A stretch of 64,000 nt of DNA. Origin: Candidatus Sericytochromatia bacterium (GTDB lineage: Bacteria; Cyanobacteriota; Sericytochromatia; S15B-MN24; UBA4093). Location: NCBI GenBank assembly GCA_036676985.1, contig JAKFBU010000004.1, forward strand, positions 1 through 64,000, given 5' to 3'. Below the pieces are notes generated by a model that saw nothing but the letters and a program-made list of their open reading frames with translations, made no database searches and was not told the origin of the DNA. Every line of letters begins with the position of its first letter. Position 1 is the stretch's first letter. Positions 28,822 through 40,259 of this stretch are shown here, one piece after another. A program made the translations under genes and the position numbers.

Positions 28822-29205
28822 ATGGCGACCAAAAAGACGACCTCTCGAGCGGCCGGAACCAGCCGCAGCGATCTGACGGTCCGTGAGGCCGGCCGCTTGG
28901 GCGGCAACAAGGTCAAGGAAGAGTACGGCGCCGAGTTCTACTCGCAGATCGGCACCAAGGGCGGCGAGGCCGTGCGCGACGCGGTCGAGAGCGGCGAGCT
29001 CCCGAACGACTTCTATTCCAAGATCGGTCAGAAGGGTGGAAACAAGGTGGCCGAGGAGTACGGCCCCGAGTTCTACTCGCAGATCGGCAAGAAGGGCGGC
29101 AACAAGGTCAAGCAGCAGTACGGCCCCGAGTTCTACTCGCAGATCGGTCAGAAGGGCGGACAGAAGGTCCGCGAGCTGATCGAGCGGGGCAAGCGCAGCC
29201 GCTGA
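28822..29205 (+). CDS. KGG-repeat general stress protein
   Basis: RBS aggagg; TVREAGRLGG plus four FYSxIGxKGG repeats. Confidence 0.9.
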   Translation: MATKKTTSRAAGTSRSDLTVREAGRLGGNKVKEEYGAEFYSQIGTKGGEAVRDAVESGELPNDFYSKIGQKGGNKVAEEYGPEFYSQIGKKGGNKVKQQYGPEFYSQIGQKGGQKVRELIERGKRSR

Positions 29206-29221
29206 GGCGAGTCGAGACCCG

Positions 29222-29246
29222 ACCGGGCGGCCATCGGCCGCCCGGT
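29222..29246. terminator. Hairpin between convergent genes
   Basis: accgggcggcc-atc-ggccgcccggt. Confidence 0.6.
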
Positions 29247-29249
29247 TCG

Positions 29250-30152
29250 CTATTGCTTGAGCTTGGGATCGAGGGCATCCCGGAGGCCGTCGCCGACGAA
29301 GTTGATCGAGGCCACCGTCAGGAAGATGAAGAGCCCGGGGTAGAAGGCGAGCCACGGCGTCTGGATCAGGTAGTGCTGGGCGTCCGTGAGGAGGTTGCCC
29401 CACGACGGCACCGGCGGCTGGATGCCCACCCCCAGGAACGAGAGCGCCGACTCCATCGTGATGGCGTCCGCCACCCCGAGCGTTGCGGCCACGAAGACCG
29501 GCGCCAGCGAGTTGGGGATCAGGTGCTTGAAGATCTGGCCCACCGGGCTCACGCCCACCGCCTTGGCCGCCTCGACGAACTCTTGGCCCTTGAGCGACAG
29601 GATCTCGCCGCGCACCAGCCGCGCCACGCCCGTCCAGGACGTCAGCGCGATGACGAGCACGATGATGCGCAGGTCGTTGCCCAGGAAGGCCACGAGCACC
29701 ATCAGGAGCATCAAGAGGGGCACGCTCTGGATCGTGTCGACCAGGCGCATGGCGAGGGTGTCCGCCCAACCGCCGTGGTAGCCCGCGAACGCGCCCACGA
29801 GCGTGCCGATGAGGACGCTCAGGCTCGCGACGATCAGGCCCACGCTCAGAGAGATGCGGCCCGCGTAGAGGAGGCGCGTGAGGACGTCCCGGCCGAGCTC
29901 GTCGGTGCCGAGCGGGTGGGCCAGGCTGGGGCGCCAGTTGCCCGCCTGGGCGAGGTCGTTGCCGTCGAAGGCGTAAGGGCTCACGAGCGGGCCCACGTAG
30001 ACGGCGATCGCCAGCAGCAGCAGCGCTGCGAGGCCCGCCACCGCGAGGCGGTGCCGGCCGAACCGGCGCACGACCATGCGCAGGCGCGACTCGGGCGGAG
30101 CGAGCTCCGACTGGGGCAGGGCGGCGGGGTGCGTCGGGGTCGTGACGGACAT
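29250..30152 (-). CDS. oppC: Peptide ABC transporter permease OppC/DppC
   Basis: HPLGTDELGRD, ESALSFLGVG, GDGLRDALDP. Confidence 0.9.
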   Translation of the reverse strand: MSVTTPTHPAALPQSELAPPESRLRMVVRRFGRHRLAVAGLAALLLLAIAVYVGPLVSPYAFDGNDLAQAGNWRPSLAHPLGTDELGRDVLTRLLYAGRISLSVGLIVASLSVLIGTLVGAFAGYHGGWADTLAMRLVDTIQSVPLLMLLMVLVAFLGNDLRIIVLVIALTSWTGVARLVRGEILSLKGQEFVEAAKAVGVSPVGQIFKHLIPNSLAPVFVAATLGVADAITMESALSFLGVGIQPPVPSWGNLLTDAQHYLIQTPWLAFYPGLFIFLTVASINFVGDGLRDALDPKLKQ

Positions 30153-30165
30153 GGCGCTTCCTCCG

Positions 30166-31116
30166 CTACTTCAAGGCGATGCGCGGATCGATCATGCTGT
30201 AGAGCACGTCGGCGAGCAGGTTGAAGACGATGACGAGGGTCGACGAGATGAGCAGGATGCCCATCATCACGGGGTAATCGCTCTTGCCCAGGCTGTCGAA
30301 GAACAGGCGCCCGAGGCCCGGCCAGCTGAAAATGGTCTCGGTCATCACCGCGCCCCCGAAGAGCGTGGGCATGGTCATCATGACCACCGTGACCACCGGG
30401 ATGAGGGCATTGCGCAGCGCGTGGCGCCCGATCACGACCTTCTCGGCGAGCCCCTTGGCCCGGGCCGTCCGGATGAAGTCGGCCCGCATGACCTCGAGCA
30501 TGCTCGAGCGCATGAAGCGGCTCCAGGACGCGATGCTCACGATGGAAAGGACCGTCACGGGCAGGACCAGGTAGGGAAGGGAGCTGAGCCAGCCCTCGGC
30601 CCCCAGGGGCCGCATGCCGCCCGCCGGCAGCCAGTGGAGGCTCGCCGCGAAGACCATCATGAGCATGATGCCGAACCAGAAGGTCGGCAGCGAGTAGCCC
30701 AGGAACGAGGCCGTGGTCGCCGCGTAGTCGAACTTGGAGTAGGGCCTGACGGCCGAGAAGACGCCCAGGGCGATGCCCACCACCAGGCTGATGACCGTGG
30801 AGACGCCCATCAGGAGGAAGGTGTTGGGCACCCGCTCGAGGATCATCCGGATCACGGGACGCCCCGTGAAGAGCGAGTTGCCGAGGTCCCCCGTCACCGC
30901 CCCCGAGAGCCACTTGAAGTACTGCAAGTGGACGGGCAGGTCCAGGCCCATGGCGTGGATGAGGCGCGCCTTGTCGGCGGCCGTCATATGCGGGTTCATG
31001 CCGTAGACGGCCATGGGGCCGCCCGGCACCTTCTGCATCAGCACGAACAGGAGCACCGAGATGCCGAGCAGCATGGGGACGGCCATGAGGAGCCGGCGCA
31101 GGACGTAGCGACTCAT
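30166..31116 (-). CDS. oppB: Peptide ABC transporter permease OppB/DppB
   Basis: FIRTARAKGL, HALRNALIP, ETIFSWPGLG, DPRI. Confidence 0.9.
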   Translation of the reverse strand: MSRYVLRRLLMAVPMLLGISVLLFVLMQKVPGGPMAVYGMNPHMTAADKARLIHAMGLDLPVHLQYFKWLSGAVTGDLGNSLFTGRPVIRMILERVPNTFLLMGVSTVISLVVGIALGVFSAVRPYSKFDYAATTASFLGYSLPTFWFGIMLMMVFAASLHWLPAGGMRPLGAEGWLSSLPYLVLPVTVLSIVSIASWSRFMRSSMLEVMRADFIRTARAKGLAEKVVIGRHALRNALIPVVTVVMMTMPTLFGGAVMTETIFSWPGLGRLFFDSLGKSDYPVMMGILLISSTLVIVFNLLADVLYSMIDPRIALK

Positions 31117-32759
31117 CGGGCGGTCTCCTGTTCTTCGATGTACCAGTCCTTGACGTTCCAGACGAACCGGCTGGCGGTCGGGTTGGAGCGGAAGTTCTTG
31201 AGCCGCCGGTTGTACCCGTGCATCTCCGTCCAGTAGACGAGCGGGATGATGGGCTCCTCGTCCATGAGGATCTCGCTCATCCGCCAGTAGAGCTTCTGAC
31301 GCTCGGCCTGGTCGAGCTTGCGGGTGCCGGCCTCGAGCACCCGGTCGATCTCGGCGTTGAGGAAGCGGCCCGTGTTCTGGCCCTCGGGCGGCAGCATCTT
31401 CGAGTGCCAGGTGGAATAGTTCGCGGCCGGATCCACGCTGGTGGTGCGCGCGAAGAGGGCCGCGTCGTACTTGCCGTTCTGCAAGAGGCCCGTCGGATAG
31501 CCTGCGAAGAGCAGGCCGCCCTGGACGTTCTGGATCTTCATCTCCGCGCCCACGGCCTTGAAATAGCCCCCGAGCACCTGCTCGGCCTGCTCACGGTGCT
31601 TGCGCCCTGTGGTCGAGGTGATGGTGAAGCTCAGGCGCTGGCCGTTCTTCGAGCGGATGCCGTCAGCGCCGAGCTTCCAGCCCGCCGCGTCCAGGAGGGC
31701 CTTGGCCCGCGCCGGGTCGTAGGCATACGGCTCCTTGTCCGCGGGGTTGAAGGACCACGCGAGCGGGTGCTCCGTGCCGAAGGCCACGGGCCACATGCCC
31801 TTGTAGATGGTCCGGGAGAGCTCGTCCTTGTTCACCGCATGGGCGAGGGCCTGGCGGACGGCGCGCTCCTTGAACACGGGCTTCTCGAGGTTCAGGGCGA
31901 TGTGCTCGTAGGTCAAAGACGGGACGTTCGCGAGCGCCAGGTGGCGGTACTGTTTGACGGGCTCGACCTGGTCCAGGTTGAAGTCGGCGTAGACGTCGAT
32001 GTCCCCGTTGGCGAGCTGGATGAAGGCCGCGTTGTCGTCGGGCACGAACTTGACGAAGAGCTTCTTGAGCCGGGGAGCGCCCCCGAAGTAGTCGGCGTTC
32101 GCCTCCATGGCCAGGTACTCGCCCGCGACCCACTCCTTGAACTTGAAGGGCCCCGTGCCCACCGGAGCCCGGTTGAAATGGTCGAGGTTGAGGTCCGGGC
32201 TCTGCTCGAGGAGATGCGCCGGGTAGATGGGGTCGTTCGGCAGGCTGAACATCTGCATGTAGGGAGCGTAGGGCTCCTTGAAGTGCACGACGGCCGTCAG
32301 CGGGTCCGGGGTGTCCACCCGGGCGATCTTGTCGTAGCCTTCGCGGCTCGAGACCAGGACCTTGGGGTCCATGTGCATCTTCCAGTTGAACCAGATGTCG
32401 CGCGAGGTCAGCGGCTGACCGTCATGGAAGCGCACGCCGGGGCGCAGCTTGTAGGTGACGGACATGCCCCCGCCGCCGAGCTTGACGAGGCCGTTCTCGA
32501 GGGTCGGCAGCACCGTCACGAGGTCCGGGAAGAAGCGCATCTGGTCGTCGACGCCGACCAGCCCGTTGAACATGGGCGTGGCGGCGTCGACCGCCGAGAT
32601 GGCGTTGGTCAGGGTCGGGTTCAGCGTGTCCGGCTCCTGCTGGGAGCGGACGACGACCGTGTCGTCGGGGTTGCGGCGAGCGACGTCGACGGTCGACTTG
32701 GAACACCCCATCAGCAGCAGGCAACCGAGCATCGGAGCCAAGAGGGTCTGGAGTCGCAA
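31113..32759 (-). CDS. oppA: Peptide ABC transporter substrate-binding lipoprotein (family 5)
   Basis: TTG start with RBS ggagg; lipobox LMGC; RFHDGQPLT, PVGTGPF. Confidence 0.9.
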   Translation of the reverse strand: MRLQTLLAPMLGCLLLMGCSKSTVDVARRNPDDTVVVRSQQEPDTLNPTLTNAISAVDAATPMFNGLVGVDDQMRFFPDLVTVLPTLENGLVKLGGGGMSVTYKLRPGVRFHDGQPLTSRDIWFNWKMHMDPKVLVSSREGYDKIARVDTPDPLTAVVHFKEPYAPYMQMFSLPNDPIYPAHLLEQSPDLNLDHFNRAPVGTGPFKFKEWVAGEYLAMEANADYFGGAPRLKKLFVKFVPDDNAAFIQLANGDIDVYADFNLDQVEPVKQYRHLALANVPSLTYEHIALNLEKPVFKERAVRQALAHAVNKDELSRTIYKGMWPVAFGTEHPLAWSFNPADKEPYAYDPARAKALLDAAGWKLGADGIRSKNGQRLSFTITSTTGRKHREQAEQVLGGYFKAVGAEMKIQNVQGGLLFAGYPTGLLQNGKYDAALFARTTSVDPAANYSTWHSKMLPPEGQNTGRFLNAEIDRVLEAGTRKLDQAERQKLYWRMSEILMDEEPIIPLVYWTEMHGYNRRLKNFRSNPTASRFVWNVKDWYIEEQETAR

Positions 32760-32823
32760 GGGTCCCTCCGTAAAAGAAGCCGGGCGCTTGCCGAAAAGCG
32801 AGCGCCCGGGAACGGGAATCGGG

Positions 32824-33848
<1,025 letters not shown>

Positions 33849-33849
<1 letters not shown>

Positions 33850-34823
33850 TACTTGGCCTCCTTGGTCAGCCAGCAGCGAACCAGGTGGCCCGCCTCGACG
33901 GTCTCCAGCAGGGGCACCTCGCGGCACTTGGCGTTGAAGTGCTTGCAGCGGGGACCGAAGGAGCAACCCTGGGGCAGCCGGGACAGGGAAGGCGGCTGGC
34001 CCTCGATGGGCTCGAGACGCTCCTGCTTGGCGCCCATGCGGGGGATCGAGTTGAGCAGTCCCTGCGTGTAGGGATGCTTGGGGTTCTTGAACAGGGTGTG
34101 GACGTCGGTGTACTCGACGACCTTGCCCGCGTACATGACGGCCACGTAGTCGCACATCTCGGCGACGACGCCCAGGTCGTGCGTGATGAGCACGACGGCG
34201 GCCCCGCGCTTGGTGCGGATCTCGCGCATGAGGTCGAGGATCTGGGCCTGGATCGTCACGTCGAGGGCCGTGGTGGGCTCGTCGGCGATGAGCAGCTCGG
34301 GCTCGCACGAGAGGGCCATGGCGATGATGACGCGCTGGCGCATGCCGCCCGAGAACTGGTGCGGGTAGTCGTCGATGCGGGTGGCGGCGGCCGGGATGCC
34401 GACGGCCTCGAGGGCCGCGATCGCGCGCTGGCGGGCGGTGGCCTTGTCGACCTTCTGGTGGAGGATGATGGCCTCCATGATCTGCTCGCCCACGGTCAGG
34501 ACCGGGTTCAGCGAGGTCATGGGGTCCTGGGAGATCAAGGAGATCTGGTTGCCGCGGATCTCGCGCATCTCGGCCTCGGAGAGGCTCAGGAGGTTCTTGC
34601 CGTTGAAGAGGATCTGGCCGCCCACGATCTTGCCCTGGGGGCCTGCCACGAGGCGCATGATCGAGAGGGACGTGATGCTCTTGCCGCATCCGGATTCGCC
34701 GACGATCCCGAGGATCTGGCCCTTCTGGACCTCGAAGTCGACGCCGTCGACGGCCTTGACGATGCCTTCCTCGGTAGTGAAGTGGGTCTGCAACCCGGAA
34801 ACCTTGAGCAACGCTTCTGCCAC
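33849..34823 (-). CDS. oppD: Peptide ABC transporter ATPase OppD/DppD
   Basis: [33 protein letters not shown]. Confidence 0.92.
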
Positions 34824-34963
34824 GTGTCCTCCGTCAGAGCGGGTAAAACCGAGCCGTGGGGCCGATTAGGCGAGAATTCCCAGATGACAACGTTATCACA
34901 CGACCGGGGGGTTGTCCACGACCGATCGCTACCGCGCGGGGTCAACCACGGGACGCGAGCGGG

Positions 34964-35533
34964 CTACTCGTCGAAGTACTCGCCGATGTGGAAGTCCGCG
35001 GGCTTGTCGAAGCGGTCCTCGCTGAGGGTGGCCTGCTTGATCCGATCCACCCGGAACACGCGCCGATCCTGGCGCATGTGGCAGTAGGCGATGAGCCAGT
35101 GCAGATCGCCCATCTGCTTGAGGCCGTAGGGGTCGACGCGGCGCGTGTTGAACTCCTCGCGGCTCATGGAGAAGTAGGAGACCTCCAGCGTGCGGCCTTC
35201 GTCGATGGCCTGCTGGATCACGGGCATGGTGCCGTCGATCGCGTACATGGGCATGGCGTAGCTGGAGTCGACGGTCATGGCGTCGATGTCGCTGGTCTCG
35301 GAGTCGTGGATGGTCGCCGTCACGATGTCCTCGACGATCTCGTCGGTCATCTCCAAGAGGTCCTCGGGCAGAGCGCCCTGGAGCTTGCCCATCAGGCCCG
35401 CCATGAGGACGTCCTGCGGCACGCCGTTGATCTCGATGACCTCCACCATGTCGTCCAGGAGCTTGAGGCCGACCATGAGCAGGACGGCTTCATCCAGTGA
35501 TAGACGGAGCGGAAGGTTGGAGGGATCGCTCAT
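34964..35533 (-). CDS. WYL-domain protein
   Basis: RRVDPYGL...WLIAYCHMRQDRRVFRVDRI. Confidence 0.88.
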   Translation of the reverse strand: MSDPSNLPLRLSLDEAVLLMVGLKLLDDMVEVIEINGVPQDVLMAGLMGKLQGALPEDLLEMTDEIVEDIVTATIHDSETSDIDAMTVDSSYAMPMYAIDGTMPVIQQAIDEGRTLEVSYFSMSREEFNTRRVDPYGLKQMGDLHWLIAYCHMRQDRRVFRVDRIKQATLSEDRFDKPADFHIGEYFDE

Positions 35534-35707
35534 CCTCGGGAGATCTCCTACGACACGGCCGCGACGATCGGCGCCAACGGGTGGAACGACTGAAACTTCG
35601 GCATCTTAAGAGCCTCCGGGCCTTCTGTCAAATGCGGGGAGGCCGTGGAGGCGCGATCGCGGGTATATGGCATGCGGTAAGCCGAAGGATTGATCGAGGA
35701 GGACCGG

Positions 35708-37492
35708 GTGCGGGGACGGGCGTTCAGGCGACTAGCCGTCGGAGTGGCGTTGGCCACGGCCGTCGGCTGCGCGCCGCGGCCCGCCGTGACGCCCCCGGCC
35801 GCTGAAGCGGGGCTCGGGACCGTCACGCTGCAGCTGGAGGGCTTCGGCGACGCGCCGCGAGCCACGCAGGCCGTCCCGACGTTCAGCCGGGCGCGCCTGC
35901 ACATCGACGGGCCCGCCATGCCCGCCGAGCGGACGGCCAATGCCTCCTTCCGCCTGGGAGCCACCCAGCTCACGGTGCGCAACGTCCCGGTCGGCCCCAA
36001 CGTCGTGGTCGTCGTCGAGGGGCTGGACGCCTCCGATCGCCCCCTGCCGGGGGCGCGCTTCGGGACGGTCCTGGATATCGCCCCCGGCGCGACCGTCCAG
36101 GCGCCGGTGGGGCCCCTCACCACGCCGCTCGCCGAGGTGGTGCTCGCGCTCCTCGCCAATGACCGCGCGGCGGGCCGCAGCCTCGACCAGGCCCTGTCGG
36201 CCCGGCTGGACGAAGCGGCCCTCCAGGCGCGTCTCGAGGGCGAGCGATCGCGGCTCGGGGTGGTGCACCCGGCCCTGTTCAACGCCGTGGGGCTCGCCGG
36301 CACCCTCGCCGCTTCCCCCACCCTGACGCCGCCGTCGGATTTGTCGAGCTACGTGCGATCGCCCGGCCGGGTGCGGGTCCGCCTCAAGGGCCTGCCCACG
36401 GGCTCCAGGGCCACGGTCTCGCTGGACGACCCTGTCTCCCCCAAGCAGCAGAACCTTGCGGAGGGCAGCCACGACATCCTGCCGGTCGCGCCCGGCACCT
36501 GGACCGTATCGGTGGAGGCGGCGGGCGGCCTTGCGGCCTCGCTGCCGGTGACGGTGCCCGAGGGCCTGACTGGGACGCCCCCGGAGGTCTTCCTGGACCT
36601 GAGCCGCTGGGAGTCGTTCGCGGGCATGTCCAAGCCCCTTGCCGCCACCCTCTGCCTGCCCATGAGCCTCGGGGACGTGCCGTCCTTGCTCATGGTGGGC
36701 GGACTGGACGCCGTTCCTTCCCCGGTCACGCGCTACGCGACCGACAGCTGCTTCGCCTACGACGGCACGCGCGTCGCTCCGTTGCCGCTCTTGCCGGATC
36801 CCGTGTCCTTTGCCGCGGGGGCGGTCGTCGAAGGCAAGCCCTACGTGATCGGCGGCCTCTCGGAGACCGGACAGCGGACCGACCAGGTCTATCGCCTCGA
36901 CGGCAGCGCATGGAAGGCCGTCGCCACGGCCTCGACCGCCTTCGCGGGGGCGGTGAGCATCGCCGACGGCGCGGACATCTACCTCTTCGGGGGAACGCTC
37001 GGCCTCGGGGGCCTCGTCTACGAGACGCAGACGGGCAAGTTCCGCGCCGGCCCCGACATGACCATCGTGCGTCGCATGCCCGCGAGCGCGGTCCACGAAG
37101 GCCGGCTCTACGTCTTCGGCGGCGGTGAGCAGGGAGAGCCCCTGGCCGCCTCGGAGGTCTTCGATCCGCAGGCCGGGGGGTGGCGCAACATCGAGGCCAT
37201 GCCGGCCCCCCGCCTCGGAGCCCGGGCCGTGTCGCACGGGGGCCGGATCTACGTCATCGGGGGCGTGAACCGGGATGGCATGGCCACCGGCCGGGTGGAC
37301 GTCTACGATCCGGCGGCGAACACCTGGGCGCTCTTCAGCGCCCTGCAGACGCCTAGGGCGGCGAGTGCCGTCGGCGTGCTGAGCGATCGCCTCTTCGTCC
37401 TGGGCGGCAGCGACGGCCTTTTGGCCTCGATCCTGACCGGGGCGCTCGACAAGCCCGCGGTCCTCGGCGCCATCGAGGTCCTGAAGCCATGA
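35708..37492 (+). CDS. Lipoprotein with C-terminal Kelch beta-propeller
   Basis: GTG start after gaggagg; lipobox AVGC; RATQAVP motif; repeated YVxGG...YDP...W. Confidence 0.85.
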   Translation: MRGRAFRRLAVGVALATAVGCAPRPAVTPPAAEAGLGTVTLQLEGFGDAPRATQAVPTFSRARLHIDGPAMPAERTANASFRLGATQLTVRNVPVGPNVVVVVEGLDASDRPLPGARFGTVLDIAPGATVQAPVGPLTTPLAEVVLALLANDRAAGRSLDQALSARLDEAALQARLEGERSRLGVVHPALFNAVGLAGTLAASPTLTPPSDLSSYVRSPGRVRVRLKGLPTGSRATVSLDDPVSPKQQNLAEGSHDILPVAPGTWTVSVEAAGGLAASLPVTVPEGLTGTPPEVFLDLSRWESFAGMSKPLAATLCLPMSLGDVPSLLMVGGLDAVPSPVTRYATDSCFAYDGTRVAPLPLLPDPVSFAAGAVVEGKPYVIGGLSETGQRTDQVYRLDGSAWKAVATASTAFAGAVSIADGADIYLFGGTLGLGGLVYETQTGKFRAGPDMTIVRRMPASAVHEGRLYVFGGGEQGEPLAASEVFDPQAGGWRNIEAMPAPRLGARAVSHGGRIYVIGGVNRDGMATGRVDVYDPAANTWALFSALQTPRAASAVGVLSDRLFVLGGSDGLLASILTGALDKPAVLGAIEVLKP

Positions 37493-38748
37493 GGATCCGG
37501 CTCCGCGGCTCCCTGGTGCTGCTCTCGCTGCTCGTCGCGGCGGCAACGGGCTGCGATCTCCCCCTGGCGCCCCTGGACCTGCCGATCGCCTCGTCGGCGG
37601 CGCCCACGGGCTCGGGGGGAACGCCGCGTCCCAGCCCGACGGCGACCGCGTCGCCGCAGCCGACCCCCACGGCCACGGCCTCCGCGACGCCGGCCCCGAC
37701 CGTCGAGCCGACCTCGGAGCCCACCCAGGCTCCCACCCAGGCGCCGACTCCCACGCCAGTGCCCACGCCGACTCCCAACGGGACGCTCATCGTAGGGACC
37801 TCTCCCGAGGCGAGGGGTGCGTGGTCGAGCCTCACGGCCCTCGCGCGGCCCCGCATGGGGCACGTGGCCCTGGTCCTGGACAGCCGCCTGGTAGTCGCCG
37901 GCGGCGTTCCCTCCGAGGTGCTCGAGGGCTATCGCCCGGCGAGCGACGTCTGGGAGGAGTTCGATCCCAAGGGGGCCTACGCGGAGGCCAAGCGCCAGAC
38001 CATCCTGGCGCAGTACTTCTCGTGCGGCGGGACGGTCGGCACGTCTCGGGTCGTGGTGGCGGGCGGCTACGACGGTGCCTTCGAGATCGGGATCCCGCGC
38101 GTGTACACCTGGACCGAGGGGTTCCAGTTCAGCACATTCTTCGGGGCGAGCATGCCCACGCCGCGCTATGCGGTCGCTGGTGCGACAATCGGCAACAAGC
38201 TCTACGTGGCCGGCGGCCTGCGGAGCCGGACCGTCTCCCTGGACGGGGCCTACCGGGGCATCGACACCGTGCCGGCCTTCGAGGCCTTTGACGTGACGAC
38301 CAATGCCTGGAGCTCCCTGCCCGCCCTGCCCTACGCGGTCTCGGGCGCCGTGGCCGTCGCCTACAACGGCCAGCTCTGCGTGCTCGGCGGCTTGCTGGCG
38401 AGCGGCGAGCCCATCGGCCATGCGCAGGTCTACCGGCCGGACATCAACCAGTGGATCACGGACCCGAACCTCGGGGCCCTACCTCCCATGCGAACGGCCC
38501 GGCACTCGGCGGCGGCGGCTGTCCTCGACGGCAAGATCTACGTGCTGGGCGGCATGGGAGAGGATCGCACGGCCCTGACGGCATGTGAGGTCTACGATCC
38601 GGCCACCAAGACCTGGCAGGTCCTGCCTCCCATGCCGTTCGCTCGCTACTTGCACGGGGCCGCGGCCCTCGCGGGCAAGGTCTACGTGCTCGGCGGCAAC
38701 AACGCGGCGGGGCAGCCCCAGCGCACGGTGGAGGCCTTCATGCCATGA
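37489..38748 (+). CDS. Lipoprotein with Pro/Thr linker and Kelch beta-propeller
   Basis: Lipobox ATGC; PTPT linker; Kelch repeats; ATGA coupling. Confidence 0.88.
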   Translation: MRIRLRGSLVLLSLLVAAATGCDLPLAPLDLPIASSAAPTGSGGTPRPSPTATASPQPTPTATASATPAPTVEPTSEPTQAPTQAPTPTPVPTPTPNGTLIVGTSPEARGAWSSLTALARPRMGHVALVLDSRLVVAGGVPSEVLEGYRPASDVWEEFDPKGAYAEAKRQTILAQYFSCGGTVGTSRVVVAGGYDGAFEIGIPRVYTWTEGFQFSTFFGASMPTPRYAVAGATIGNKLYVAGGLRSRTVSLDGAYRGIDTVPAFEAFDVTTNAWSSLPALPYAVSGAVAVAYNGQLCVLGGLLASGEPIGHAQVYRPDINQWITDPNLGALPPMRTARHSAAAAVLDGKIYVLGGMGEDRTALTACEVYDPATKTWQVLPPMPFARYLHGAAALAGKVYVLGGNNAAGQPQRTVEAFMP

Positions 38749-40196
38749 GCCGTCGATCGCTAGTCCTGGCCCTTTTGAGCCTGACGCTCGCCGCGTGCGT
38801 CCCCCCCACCGCAGGCCTTCAGCCGCCTGCGGGAGTACCGGACCTGGAGGTCTCGGTGACGCCGGCCGAGGCTCCCCCTGCCGGGGCGCCCTCTGGAACC
38901 GCAGGGCCCGTCGAGCCCGGGGCGGTCGAGGACGTCGTGCCCGGCGAGTACCTCGTGGGCCTGACGCCGGAGGCGGATGCCCAGGCGATCGCCCGGGCCG
39001 TGGGAGCTTCCTTCCAGGGCGAGATCCGCTTCACCGGTCGATACGCTCACCTGGCCCTCCCCGCGGACACGTCCCGCTCCGAGGCCGAGGCACGCCTCCA
39101 GGAGCTTTCGGGCGTGACGTCGGTGGCCCCCAACTGGCGCGTTCAGCCCGCCTACCTGACGTCCGGGCAGACGCCCGACGACATACGCTACGGCGACCAG
39201 TGGGCTCACCAGGTGACGGGCGCTCTGCCGGCCTGGCGGGCCCTGGGGACGGGCTTCACGGCCTCCAACGTGGCGATCGCCGTCCTGGACTCCGGCTGCG
39301 ACGTGTCGCACCCGGACTTCATGGGCCGGGTGCTCGCGGGCCGGAACTACACGGACGAGCATCCGGACACGAGCCTCTCGCTGGCGGACGACGTCACGGA
39401 TCTGCACGGCCACGGTACACACGTGGCGGGGATCGCGGCTGCCTCGGGGCACAACGCCCTGGGGGTGACGGGTGTGGCCTGGGATGCCAAGATCCTGCCC
39501 GTGAAGGTGCTCGGCCTCAGCGGCGGGTCGGCGGCGGGCATCCTCAAGGGCCTCGTGTACGCGGCGGATTACTCGACCTCCGAGGCGACGGTGCGGGTCA
39601 TCAACTTGAGCCTGAGCGTCCCCGGGCGCTTCACGACCGAGGCGGCCTTCGAGGACGCCATGGCCTACGCCTGGCGCAAGGGTATCGCGGTGGTGGTGGC
39701 CGCGGGCAACCAGGGCGCCGACGTCCCCCGGCCGGGCACCAATCCGCATGCCATCGTGGTGGCGGCGACCGCCGTCCATGAGATCGTGCCCAAGCTCTTC
39801 GTGGAGTTCCTGGCGGGCTTCTCCAACAAAGGCGATCGCATCGACGTGGCCGCGCCCGGCAGCAAGATCCTCTCGACGGCTCCGCGCTACGACAACCAGC
39901 TCAGCCAGCGCAGCGGCCTCTTGACCCGGGCGGTGGGCGACGAGATCTCCCCCATCGACCCGCCGTACGCGTACAACGACGGTACGTCCATGGCCGCTCC
40001 CTACGTCTCGGGCGTGGCCGCCCTCATGGCGGCGCGCTACGACCCTTACCACATGCGGATGAACGCCGCCTTCGCGGACCGGTTGGCGGAGCGCCTGGCC
40101 TCCACCTCGGACGATCTGGGGCCGGTCGGCAAGGATCCCTACTTCGGCCACGGTCGCGTGAACGTGCAGAAGGGGCTCGCGCCCTCCTCGCTCTAG
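38745..40196 (+). CDS. S8 subtilisin-family serine protease lipoprotein
   Basis: Lipobox LAAC; AVLDSG, HGTHVAG, AAGN, GTSMAAP. Confidence 0.93.
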   Translation: MSRRSLVLALLSLTLAACVPPTAGLQPPAGVPDLEVSVTPAEAPPAGAPSGTAGPVEPGAVEDVVPGEYLVGLTPEADAQAIARAVGASFQGEIRFTGRYAHLALPADTSRSEAEARLQELSGVTSVAPNWRVQPAYLTSGQTPDDIRYGDQWAHQVTGALPAWRALGTGFTASNVAIAVLDSGCDVSHPDFMGRVLAGRNYTDEHPDTSLSLADDVTDLHGHGTHVAGIAAASGHNALGVTGVAWDAKILPVKVLGLSGGSAAGILKGLVYAADYSTSEATVRVINLSLSVPGRFTTEAAFEDAMAYAWRKGIAVVVAAGNQGADVPRPGTNPHAIVVAATAVHEIVPKLFVEFLAGFSNKGDRIDVAAPGSKILSTAPRYDNQLSQRSGLLTRAVGDEISPIDPPYAYNDGTSMAAPYVSGVAALMAARYDPYHMRMNAAFADRLAERLASTSDDLGPVGKDPYFGHGRVNVQKGLAPSSL

Positions 40197-40259
40197 GGGT
40201 TAGCGCCGGTGAGCCACGGGTATGACTCGCTTGGCCTCTCGCCTTCTTGGAGGATACCC

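Noticed and set aside
28900-29165. Near-identical ~60 bp direct repeats
   Set aside because: Coding repeats of the KGG stress protein
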